Part shown: one piece after another, positions 1 to 9,842 of the stretch | Layout of the letters: every line of letters begins with the position of its first letter | Numbering within the stretch: position 1 is the stretch's first letter | Assembly (NCBI GenBank): GCA_000388065.2 | Contig: KB932202.1 | DNA: 12,514 bases | Source of the DNA: Fonticula alba ATCC 38817 | Lineage: Eukaryota > Protista > Nucleariida | Direction: 5' to 3' (one strand) | Notes under the pieces: generated by a model | The model's input: the letters and a program-made list of their open reading frames with translations, nothing else | Database searches by the model: none | Told to the model about the DNA's origin: nothing | Made by a program: the position numbers and the translations under genes

Positions 1-15
1 CACACACACACACAG

Positions 16-667
16 GACCAAGCTCCACAAGTCCCTGATCCTGGTGATCGCCGCGCTGATGCTCCTCGGAGCCGCGGCCCCGCATGCCCGCGCTGACGAC
101 AAGGACGAGCGCGAGGACGAGGAGGACGGCCTGATCCACACGATCGCCCACCTGAAGGCCAGCAAGTCCAAGACCAAGTCCAAGACCAAGACCAAGACCC
201 AGGGCCACAGCCTGCACCTGCACCACCACCACGGCCACCACCACCACCACCCCCACCCGCCCAAGCCCACGCACCATCCCAAGCCGGAGTGCGTCTGCGA
301 GGGTGGCTCCTCGCTGGTGTGCTACACCAATGACAAGGAGTGCGCCGCCAATAAGAACCCCTTCGCCGCCTCCAAGGTGTCGCAGTGCGTCAGCGGCGGC
401 CGCCATGTGTACTCCTGCCTCAATGAGGCCGGGGTGTGCCGGTCGGTGACCACCTGCAAGAAGATCGAGTCCGGCTCCGGCACCCAGGATCCCCACTTCA
501 TGGGCTTCAACGGGGCGGACTACTACTTTGAGGGCGAGGCCGGCCGGTCGTACAACATCGTGTCCGACCGCGATGTCCAGGTCAATGCCCAGTTCACGCG
601 GCTGCACAACCTGAAGGGTGCGTCCCCACAAGGCCGCGTGCCTCCCCTGTGCTTGGCGGCCCTCTCC

Positions 668-723
<56 letters not shown>

Positions 724-1499
724 ATCTCCCTATCTCCCGCACGCCATGCCACCGGGGGTCGGTGTTGCGTCAGGAGGCCCGAGGCGGTCCCCCTTTCGCG
801 GGGCCTTCTCGCCGGCTGCTGGCCCCTTTTCTGCCCACACCCCCCGCTCTCCCCTTGGGGGGGGGGGCGCACGCTGCACGCGCTACTCACGCCAACACCG
901 CGCCTCCCCCCTGCTGACCCTCTGTCTGCGTGGCTCGGGATGTTTGTCGCGACACCGTGCCGTCAGGTACCTACATGGGCCGTGTCAGCATCCTGGTCGG
1001 GTCGCACATGATCGGCTTCGACCCGCACTTCGGCGCCTACATCGACGGCGAGTCCCTCGCCGACGGGGCCAGCATCGAGATGAGCAACGTCGACATCATG
1101 TACGAGGTGGTTGACGCCCGGCCTCGGCTGACGGTCCGCACCCCGGCCTGGCAGTTTGTCGCCCGCGCCAAGATCGAGAAGGGTCTCGTGGCCGAGAGCT
1201 ACATCAACCTGCACGCCAGCGTGGTCGGCATGCCGACCGACCCGCACGGCATCCTCGGCCAGACGGCGCGTTTCCTGCTGGAGAAGCGCGCCCCCGGCTC
1301 GAAGCCCGAGCAGGTGCGCAACTTCTCCGTCGAGGGCGAGGAGCCGGACTACGAGCTGAAGGACGGCCTCTTCGGCACGGACTTCACCTTCAACAAGTTC
1401 TCCCCCTCGCTGGCCGGTGGCGAGGGCGGCATGCGCAAGGAGGCGGTCGTCCTGCGTGCCAGTGTCCGCTCGACCTTCGAGGCCGGTGTCGACGTCTGA
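16..1499 (+). CDS. Secreted root-cap/LEA-related (VWD-like) domain protein with His-rich and Cys-rich N-terminal modules; 5'-partial
   Basis: Exons are 16-617 and 967-1499. The acceptor is (CA)n-AG at 14-15. The phase-1 intron 618-966 runs GTGCGT...CTGAC(914-918)...CAG and joins LHNLK-G-TYMGRVSIL. There is a signal-peptide-like stretch (TKLHKSLILVIAALMLLGAAAPHARA). The motifs QDPHFMGFNGADYYFEG..YNIVSD..VQVNAQF and PHGILGQT..EPDY..GLFGTDF..KF resemble plant root-cap (PF06830-type) and VWD N-terminal motifs, recognised from memory. The start codon lies in an exon upstream of the window. TGA stop at 1497-1499. Confidence 0.85.
671..720. repeat. (TC)25 microsatellite in gene 1 intron
   Basis: Perfect dinucleotide run. 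Confidence 0.98.
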
Positions 1500-2779
1500 G
1501 CCGGGGGGGCTTCCCCCTCGCCAGAGGCAGCCCCCGCCGCCGCCCCCTCTCCCTTGGAGAAGATGACGCAAGGGGAGCGGGCAAGATGGTGCCCACCAGG
1601 ATGCCCGTGTATAAGGGCCAACCATCTTGGTGTTGTTTTTGCAAGGATGAAAGCTTCCGTCAAAAAAGGCGCGCGAGCAGGCCGGCACACTGCCATGCTC
1701 GGAGCAGGGCATCACCGACACATGTACTTGCAAATGCGCCAGTCCCCCCGGTGGACGGGCATGTGCAAGATTTAATACGCACAGGCCATCAACTTGCACG
1801 CGCGTGCTCACTGTCACCCCTCCGTGCTGGTAAGCCCATGTATGTGTATATAAACAAATGCGTGAATGTATGTGTGCATGGCTGTGTCCTGGCCCATGCC
1901 GCACACGGCTCTTTCTTCGCCCCCCTGTGCGTTCGCGCATGCCACGCCCTCTTTCGGCACATGGGCCGGATCGCACGCCAGTCTAGCGTGCATATGCCCG
2001 ACATCAAAGGAATGGAAGGGGACGGACTGTAGCGAGGGAGAAAGAGAGAGAGGGAGACAAACCCTCCGACCCGAAGAGCATGTCTATGTGCATGGTTTTG
2101 CGCGATGGCGCACCTCCCCTCCTCCGAGATGCACGGCGCCCCCTCTTCAGAGGGGCGGGGACGCCTGCCATGTGTCCACCGACGCGAGCCAGGGAGCACG
2201 CGTGTGTCAGCCAAGAAAGGGGCCTCCCAAGAGGCAAGGGAGAGAGGGAGTGGCAGCGGTGGTCGTGGTGGGGAGAGGGAAGGAGGAAGAAGAGCACTCC
2301 ATTGTTAGCGCATCTGTGCCGCCGGGAGAGCGCCCACGCCAAGCATGTATCGAGGAAAAGGGCGGGATCCCCTCGATCAAGGAGGTGCGCCTGGGTGCCT
2401 GGGAATGTGCGCGCCGGAAGTGGGAATGCCGGCATCGTGTCAATGCCGGAAAAGGAGGAGGGTTAACATGTGTCACCATGTTTGTTCGTGTGCGCGCAGG
2501 GGGGAGAGGGGGAGGGGGGAGGGGGGAGGGGAGGAGGGGGGGAAAACACCGAGGGAGAAGGACACGGCCAACAAAGTAACAACGAGAGAGGAGATGGTCT
2601 ATTTCGGTGGAGACAGGGGGCGAGGAGAGCCGGGGCGGAATGGCCAGCGGGGAAACGGCAGACACGACAAGGGGTCAGGCAGGCCGTCGGACGATGGGCG
2701 CAGGCGGAAGAAAGCGAGAGAAAGACCAACGCAACACATACGTGGAGGAAAGAGAAAGACCAGGATAGGAGAGCATGGC

Positions 2780-4927
2780 TCAGGATTCCGGGCGCAAGTG
2801 GCTGCCCGACTCCCGGAAGAGAGCCAGAGCCGCCTCGAAGTCCCGCGACAAGGCGGCCACCGCCTGGCCGGCCTGCAGCAGGCCGGTGAGGTGCTGCTGC
2901 GACTCGTCCACCTGCCGGGCCAGGCGCGCGCTCAGATGCCCCAGCCCGCCGGCCAGCGCGGCCACCGCATCGGGGCTGGACAGGCCGGCGCCCCCGCGGA
3001 CAAAGGCCCCGGGATCGCCGCGAGCCACGGCCAAGGCCGCCTCCGCTTGGGCCGCACGCAGCTGTGCCTGCTCCAGCATCATGGCCTGCTGGGCCTGCTG
3101 TTGCCGGGTGGTGTCGAGCTCCTGCTGGAGCTGGGCACACTTGTCCCGCATGGCCCGGTGCTCGGCGTGCACGCGTGTCTGGGCCACTTCCGCCGCCTCG
3201 AGGGCTGTTTCCAGGGTCGACAGGGTGCTGGTGTGTTGCTCGCGCTCCTCGAGGATCAGCTTCTTCAAGCGCTGGATGGAGCTGAGCAGGCGGGGGGATG
3301 GGCAGGGAATGGCCCGCCGGTTAAAGTAAACAGCCGCACACCAGTCCCAAGGAAAGTCAGTAAGGGTCGGGCCGACGCCGGCGGCAGGGTGTAGAAGGTC
3401 GTGCGCAAGAAAGACAGCCAGCAAAAAAAGGAAGAGGCCGGTGTGGGCGCACTTGTCCTGCTTGGCCACCTTGTGACGAAGCGCCTCGCTGGAAAGCCGG
3501 CCAGATGGGTGACTGGGGTGAGCATGGGACTGCGGGCAAACCAAGATCGAATGTGGATGGCACTGAAAAGAAGAAAATATCGAAAAGAATCCCCCCCCCC
3601 CCCGCCCAGTGTGGAGGCTTGTCGCCGGCGTGGTGGGCATGGGCCATGATGCAACACGCACAGCTCTTGCAGGATTTCCGGGCTCGGCTGGGGCGGCTGG
3701 CTGGGGGTGGCTGGCAGGGCTGGCGGAGCGCTCGGCGTCCCGGGGTCCACATTCGGGACCACAATCGTCGGAAGCGCAGCAGCAGATTTGGCAGGACGCG
3801 ATGACCGAGCCATGGGACCCGGCGCGACACCCGGGGAGGCATTGGCCCCAGTGGCAGGCGAGGCGTCCACCGCCGGCAGGCCGGCCAGCGGGTCTACCAC
3901 CGGCAGAGCAACCTCGCGCGATCGAGACACCTTCGCTCGAGTGGAAGTCTTGGCCCCGGGGACGGGCGGGACAACGGGGACGGGCGGGACAACGGGGACG
4001 GGCGGGACCGTGGGAATGATGGGAATGGGCGGGACCGTGGGGATGGTGGGGACACTGGGGATGCCAAGAGCCGGCCGGCCGGAGGCCGCAGAGGCTCCCT
4101 CATCCTCGGAGTCGGAGAGATCCGAGAAGGCGGTTGGCACAACTGGCAGCGTGGGAAGGGACGGGAGGGCCGGGAGCGAGACGGCATCCGGCGCCGGGGG
4201 AGGTCCGGCTACGGATCCAGGACATTGTCGTTAGTATAAGGCCGGGACAGGGAGGGGAGGGGGGGGGAGGGGGGGAGATGCACATGGAAGGGACGATGGT
4301 GCGGAACTCGCCACCCCATCCCTCATGCAAAGCCACATGCATGTGCGTGCGCGTGTGTGTATGTCTGTAAATATGTGCACCCCCATGTATATGGTTGTGA
4401 TCCGAGCAGGGCCGAGAGCAAGGCCGAAGGTGGGACCAATGGGGGGAGGGCGACGCACGGGTGTTCGGGAAGGGCAGGACCACAGGCACAGCAATGGTCG
4501 GGCTGGCAGGTCGGGGCGAGGGGGTGCTGCTGGAGGTAACGCTGGGGGTGGCCGACGGCCGGCGCTCAGCCTTCACCGACTTCTTCGACTGGAAGGCCGA
4601 AAAGGAAAGGGGATTCTCGGCCGATGCCGGGGGGATGCCATCAGGCAGGCCATCGGCGAAGATGTCCACCGGGATGGCGAAGCGTGCATCGGCCGGCGGA
4701 TCGACGGGGGCCGGGGCCGGGGTCGATCGGACCGGGGCCGGGGCCGAGGCCGAGCGTCCTGGCGCAGCCGCCGAGCGCGCTCGCGGCAGGGGGGACGCGT
4801 GGGCCATGGCCACTGGATCGTCGAAGAGCGGATCGTCATCGAAGAAGAGTGGGCCAGTGGAATCCGGCGATGGGGGGAAGACGAATGGCCCGTCAGCGCC
4901 GCCTCGATCGGAGCGGGATCGAGACAT
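2780..4927 (-). CDS. Uncharacterised 517-aa proline-rich, largely disordered protein with C-terminal coiled coil
   Basis: Exons are 4927-4459, 4208-3662, 3488-3453 and 3281-2780, totalling 1554 nt (518 codons). Introns: 4458-4209 (GTGCGT..TACTAAC..TAG, phase 1), 3661-3489 (GTGCGT..CAG, phase 2) and 3452-3282 (GTGCGC..CAG, phase 2). The spliced junction reads EILQELEALRHKVAKQDNSIQRLKKLILEERE, a continuous heptad-like helix. No recognisable family. Confidence 0.8.
3958..4008. repeat. 18-nt coding tandem repeat (GGGGACGGGCGGGACAAC x about 2.8) encoding VPPVPV on the minus strand
   Basis: Units at 3958-3975, 3976-3993 and a partial unit at 3994-4008. Confidence 0.9.
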
Positions 4928-5367
4928 GGCGAGATGCAGCAACCGGCGGGCGGCGACCGAGCAAGAGGCAAGCCAGAAAGCGGGAGGGCGAGGGAGAGGG
5001 ACGGGGGGGCGGGGGGGCGGGGGAGAATGACGGGGAGTGCCGGTCCGGGTGGTGTTCCGGCAGCCTGCCGCCTCATGACGAGCTTCCGCCACCCGGATCC
5101 CATCTTGCCTGACCTTCGGAGGGGGAGGGCCACGCCCGGGAGCGGAGCCCCCCGATGAGCGTCCGTCCCGGCGCCACGCCCAATCCATGGCCGGCAATCC
5201 GGTCGCCCCCGCCCCGCGGGCCGGCAGGACAGCCCCCAACGGAGGACATGGCCTGCCTCGAAACCGCGCGGCGAATTGTCTTGTTATTTGTTGTGAATGT
5301 TGGCTGCCGCTCGGCGCCCTCCTCTGCCAGCCGCGGGGACAGACGCCGCCCCTGTGTTTCCTCGGCC

Positions 5368-5414
5368 TCTCTCTCTCTCTCTCTCTCCCTCTTTCGCTCG
5401 CTCGCTCGCTCGCT
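5368..5414. repeat. (CT)n followed by (CGCT)n microsatellite, intergenic
   Basis: Read directly from the sequence. Confidence 0.85.
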
Positions 5415-5613
5415 TGGCCGGTCCTGGGGGAATGCGTGTATTGTCATGAGCACCGGCGGGAATGCACAGGCGTGAGGACACAAACTGCCAACGAATCTAC
5501 CGATCGGCAATCGGCCCGGCGGCTGCCCCCACGGAGGAGGCTGTCTGGCGCACGCGCGCACGCGCATCCATGCGCGTTCCTCTTCCCTCATCAGGGGGGG
5601 GGGGGGGGCGGGC

Positions 5614-5981
5614 CTATTCCTCCTCATCGTCGTCCTCCATGGTGCCGGTGGCCATGGCTGTGGTGTCGCACGTCCCGAGGCTGGCCTCTAGGCGGTCTAG
5701 GTGAGCCTGGCCCTCGGAGGTCATCTCCGGCGGGGGGGCACCGGTCTGAGAGCCGAAGAAGAACCCGGCAAACTGTTCCGGGTCCATGCCCTGGATCATG
5801 TCGCGAGTGATCATGCCAGCCATCATGGGGTCGGCCGAGGTGGGGTCCTGGTCGGTGCCGGACTCCTCAACGTCCCCGTCGGCCTCCTCGTCCGAGCCCT
5901 CCAGACCGGAGGTCGAGGAGTTGATTGAGCTGCACACATTGAACAGGTGGTAGAGGAAGTTGGCTGTGCGAGTGGGCAGGC

Positions 5982-6012
<31 letters not shown>

Positions 6013-6796
6013 CGGCGGCGGCGGCGGCGGCGGCGGGCGGATTGCACATTAGAGACGGGGCGGCGCAGAAAGACGGAGGCAGGCGAAGCCCCGAGGCGGA
6101 GACCGAGCAGGGTGTGCGCGTGCGTCAGCCGGAGTACATACCATCCGAAGTGCTGGCCGCGGCGAAGGTCACATCAACGGGCTCATACTCGTCCATGGCC
6201 GTGTCCACCTGGGAGGCGATCTGCACGAAGACCAGTGGTTCGCCATCTCCCTCGGCGGCTGAGACGGCCGCCACCACAATGCTGGCGTAGTCCATGGAGA
6301 ATCCGGCCCCCGGAGCCTGCGGCTTCCAGTGCAGGCGTCTGCATGTGCCGGCGGGCCAGGCCGGGAGGGTTTTTTTTTTTGGGGGGTGTCATTATTTCTT
6401 TCGCACAAACGGTGGCCAGACAAGGGGAAAGACGAAGCAACAAGGATCCCCCCCCCCTCCCCTACCGATGGCCGCAGGGACCACCGGGAAAAGTAAGGCC
6501 ACCCGGCGTAGCTCGGCGTACCCGGACATAAAGAAGAGCGTCCCGGCTTCGAGGGTGTGGGTGGAGTTGACCCGCACGCTGGAGCAGGGGTAGGAAAGCA
6601 GGAGCACAGGCCGGCCCCCAGCCAGCTCCATGGCCGCCAAGGTGCGCGTCTGCAAATCCTCCTGCAGGCGCAAATCAAAATCCGGCACATCGTCCGGGAC
6701 GGAGAAGAGCGCCGTCCCGGCGGCCGACGGGTCGAAGGTGGTGTCCTGCTCCAGCAGGAGGGACATTTCCTCGGTAAGGGGCAGAGTCGCGGCCAT
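5614..6796 (-). CDS. CLNS1A: pICln / methylosome subunit (Voldacs/ICln family, Sm-protein assembly chaperone), divergent, 273 aa
   Basis: Exons are 6796-6522, 6338-6142 and 5963-5614, totalling 822 nt. Introns: 6521-6339 (GTACGC..CAG, phase 2) and 6141-5964 (GTATGT..CAG, phase 1). The spliced protein has GTLFFMSGRLHW...GFSMDYASIVVAAVS (human GTLYIAESRLSW..GFSLEYPTISLHALS), EPVDVTF, an acidic tract, and MTSEGQAHLDRLEASL (human LTAEGQATLERLEGML). TAG stop. Confidence 0.88.
5983..6036. repeat. (CGG)9 CGA (CGG)8 trinucleotide repeat in pICln intron 2
   Basis: Read directly; it lies between the putative branch site and the acceptor on the minus strand. Confidence 0.95.
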
Positions 6797-8535
6797 GGCT
6801 AGGGGATACGCAAGGGTGTGTGTGTGTGGACGTGCAAGGGCAAAAGGCAGGGGGGGGGGGGAAGGCAGAGGCGGCGAGAAGGCCGGGGAGGGAGGAGGAT
6901 GGGCGGCAGGTGCACCTGCATCGGTGCACCCTCCGCGAGGGCCGTGTCACATAAGCCAGCCAAGCGGTGAGCCGAGCTAGCGAGGCCATTGTTGCCAGCG
7001 AGCGGCGCACGGCGGAGCACCGGGCCGGGGGGATCGAGCTCGCGGGGCCGGATCGCGCGTAGGCCAGGCGGCCAACGAATGGCCGGTCACGCGTTGGAGA
7101 TCACCGGGAGGCCCGGGCGTGATGCCCCAAGCGTGGGGGCTTGCGCCGCGCTCTGGCGGGGCTTTTTCACGCTCGGGAAATTAGACCGCCATTCTCTTTG
7201 GTGTTCTCCCGCCGCCCGGCTGCCTGCCGACCGGTCTCTCCCCCGATGGGCCTCTTTGTGTTGGGCGCTTGAGCTCGGCCCGGCCGCACTGAGGCGGCTG
7301 TTGTGACCGGCGGCGCCTTGCATCCGGGGACGGGGGGAACGGGCGGAACGGGGGGGGGGGGGGGGGGGGGGGCCATGCCCCACGCCTCCTCCGGTGGTGG
7401 GCAGCCTTCGCGGGGAGTGGGGGTGGGTGGGTTGTCATCTCTCTCGGCTCTTGACGGCGGGCGCGGGAGGGTGGTCCGGGTTCGTGTCTTTTTTTCTTGG
7501 CCCCCACCGTCGGGCAGGTCCCGGGCACTTCGCTGGGGGGGGGGGGGGGGGGGGGCGGGGGGCAGCGGGCCCCAAAAAGTGCCACCGGGCCTGCCCCCCA
7601 AGGCGGTATCTCGCCACCGGCGGCAGTTCGAGACGGGTCCGATGCGTGCGGGAGCATGCCTGGGTGCGGTCGGGCGTTTCAGGCGGCTCCAAGCCCGCCG
7701 GGGCGACACAAACATGCCGGGCCCTGCTGCCCCCCCCCCCCCCCCAGCCATAGCCACCTGCGGGAGGCATCGAAGGTAGGGCCGGGAGGCCCCCCAAGCG
7801 ATGCCGAGACCGCGGGAAAGACACGAGGAGACCGCGAGCGGCCGAGGGAAGGATCTGCTTGCGGGCGAGCGAGGGCGAGCAAGCGAGGGCACGAGGGCGG
7901 GACAGATGCACATCCGCCGAAAGCGACAGGGTAGGCCCAGAGAAGCTGGGTGATTATTTAGGAAATCCGCGCCGGGGTAGGTTCCCCGCGCTGGGCCGTC
8001 CCCATCTGCGGCGGCACCAGACACGCGAGGAGGGCATGGCTCTCTGCCTCGGGCATTGGACGGGGCAGTGTGCAAGTGCGGGTGCAAGTGCGGGCGAGTG
8101 CCTGACGGGGGCGGGGGTTGCGGTAGGTAGAGCGAGCCGCGCCGCCGGACACATAGATGCACCCAGCCGGACACGCATGCACGTACGCGCCCGCGCGCGC
8201 ACATGAGCCTACACCGACAGGCTCCTGCACCTGCATACCAAGGCTCATCCAGGTCGGTCCGCCCTCCCGGCCAGGATGGGGCCGAGAGGGGCGGCTGACC
8301 GGCCAGATTCCCGTCACCATCTTGGCCACGGGCAAGGGCGCGTGCATTCTCTGGTTGTCGTTTCGCCCTCGCCCCCCGGGAACAGGGGGGGGGGGGGGCG
8401 GTGGGGACACCTCCGTCCCGGGGGCACCTGGCCTTGTTTTTTTTGTCCGCCCCCCCCCCCCCCCCCGCCCGGAAGGGCTTGGGAAAAACCCCCCCCCCGC
8501 CCCGCGCCCGCGCCCCCCCAGCCCGTGCGCGCGGG

Positions 8536-8574
<39 letters not shown>

Positions 8575-9051
8575 GGGGAGGGGGGGGGGGGGGGGGGGGG
8601 GCAAGGGCAAAAGGGAGGGGGGGGGGGGAAGGCAGAGGCGGCGAGAAGGNNNNNNNNNNNNNNNNNNNNNNNNNNNNNNNNNNNNNNNNNNNNNNNNNNN
8701 NNNNNNNNNNNNNNNNNNNNNNNNNNNNNNNNNNNNNNNNNNNNNNNNNNNNNNNNNNNNNNNNNNNNNNNNNNNNNNNNNNNNNNNNNNNNNNNNNNNN
8801 NNNNNNNNNNNNNNNNNNNNNNNNNNNNNNNNNNNNNNNNNNNNNNNNNNNNNNNNNNNNNNNNNNNNNNNNNNNNNNNNNNNNNNNNNNNNNNNNNNNN
8901 NNNNNNNNNNNNNNNNNNNNNNNNNNNNNNNNNNNNNNNNNNNNNNNNNNNNNNNNNNNNNNNNNNNNNNNNNNNNNNNNNNNNNNNNNNNNNNNCCCGC
9001 CTCTGCCGCTGACCATACACATCCCCCCCCGCCCATCCCTCGCTCCGCCAG
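6797..9051. promoter_or_regulatory. Divergent intergenic region (promoters and 5'UTRs) between pICln (-) and the KH gene (+); partly low quality and gapped
   Basis: Inferred from head-to-head gene orientation only. No specific motif is identified. The region has many long G/C homopolymers and the N gap. Confidence 0.4.
8650..8995. other. Assembly gap (346 N)
   Basis: Run of N. The left flank (about 8370-8600) is dominated by G/C homopolymers. Confidence 1.
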
Positions 9052-9076
9052 CCGCTCCCGAGCTCTGAAGGACAGC

Positions 9077-9791
9077 ATGCCCGAGACCGCCTCTCCCATC
9101 GATATCCCCCCCACCGTGACCGCCTCCCCGACAACCGCGGCCATGGCCTCGCCGGGCACCCCCCCGCCGGCGACCGCCGGCACTCCCCCGCAAGCGGGCA
9201 CCCCCCCGCCCATGGCCGCCGGCTCCGAGCCGGAGACCTTCTCCACGGACAATCTGTCCGACATGTCGGAGGCCTCCGCCACCGCGGCCAAGGACGCCCC
9301 CCCCCGGAAGCAGATCCACTTCCTCCTGCCGATCCCCTATGTCGGGGCGCTGATCGGCCGGAATGGCCTGACCGTGCAGAAGATCGTCTCCTCCACCGGC
9401 ACCCTGATCAATGTCGGCAGCAAGCCGGAGAACAATGTCTTTGGGAACCGGGCCCTTGACCGGCTGGTGACCATCTCGGCCAGCGAGCCGGCCGGCAGCC
9501 AGGCCGACAAGGCCATGTTCGCGGCCCTGCGCATGATCCTGGAGAACATCCAGAACAGCAGTGCGTCCACCTCCTTGGCGCAAACCCGGGCACTTCGCGC
9601 ACATGCACGCACGCACACCGGGTCCTGGGGGGGGGGGGGTCGAGGGCGAGGGGGAAGGGGGCCTTCCGTGTGGTTGCCCCTTTTCACGGCATCCCCCCGC
9701 CTCCCCCCCGCCCTCCCCCTCCGCTCCGCCGGCCCTTCCTCAGTTTGCTCTCCCCACCCGACTTCTTCTGACCCTTTGGATACACACACAC

Positions 9792-9842
<51 letters not shown>

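Noticed and set aside
1497-1775. Selenocysteine or readthrough of the gene 1 TGA: the frame stays open to 1775, and ATGA-N11-AAA occurs near 1647
   Set aside because: The 3' arm cannot pair to form SECIS helix II with a GA quartet, the extension looks like UTR, and long open frames are expected at this GC content.
1500-2779. Several 70-240 aa ORFs in the convergent intergenic region, including IEEKGGIPSIKE followed by GTGCGC
   Set aside because: No coherent exon chain or recognisable domain; consistent with 3'UTRs of the two converging genes.
3958-4008. CRISPR-like array or transposon termini among the repeats
   Set aside because: The repeats are contiguous with no spacers, are coding or simple microsatellites, and no transposase, RT, TIR or LTR is visible.
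4707-4746. GGGGCC hexamer repeats (G-quadruplex, C9orf72-like)
   Set aside because: Only 2+2 copies, explained by Pro-Ala codons on the coding minus strand.
6466-6521. Extending pICln exon 1 to a GTAGGG donor at 6465
   Set aside because: The phase is incompatible with exon 2, whereas the donor at 6521 restores the conserved GTL....RLxW motif.
6960-7310. Possible structured ncRNA (SRP RNA, snRNA or tRNA) near pICln
   Set aside because: No U1/U2/U6 signature, Sm site, SRP motif or pairable T-arm found by eye; an Infernal/Rfam scan would be decisive.
7318-7345. Similarity to 3950-3975 (PPVPG[A/C]K on the minus strand), suggesting a paralogous fragment
   Set aside because: Short, G-rich and low-complexity, next to homopolymer smear; no flanking similarity.
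7167-9134. Long ORFs of 550-655 aa crossing the gap
   Set aside because: They are open only because of the Ns and G/C homopolymers, and the translations are low-complexity.
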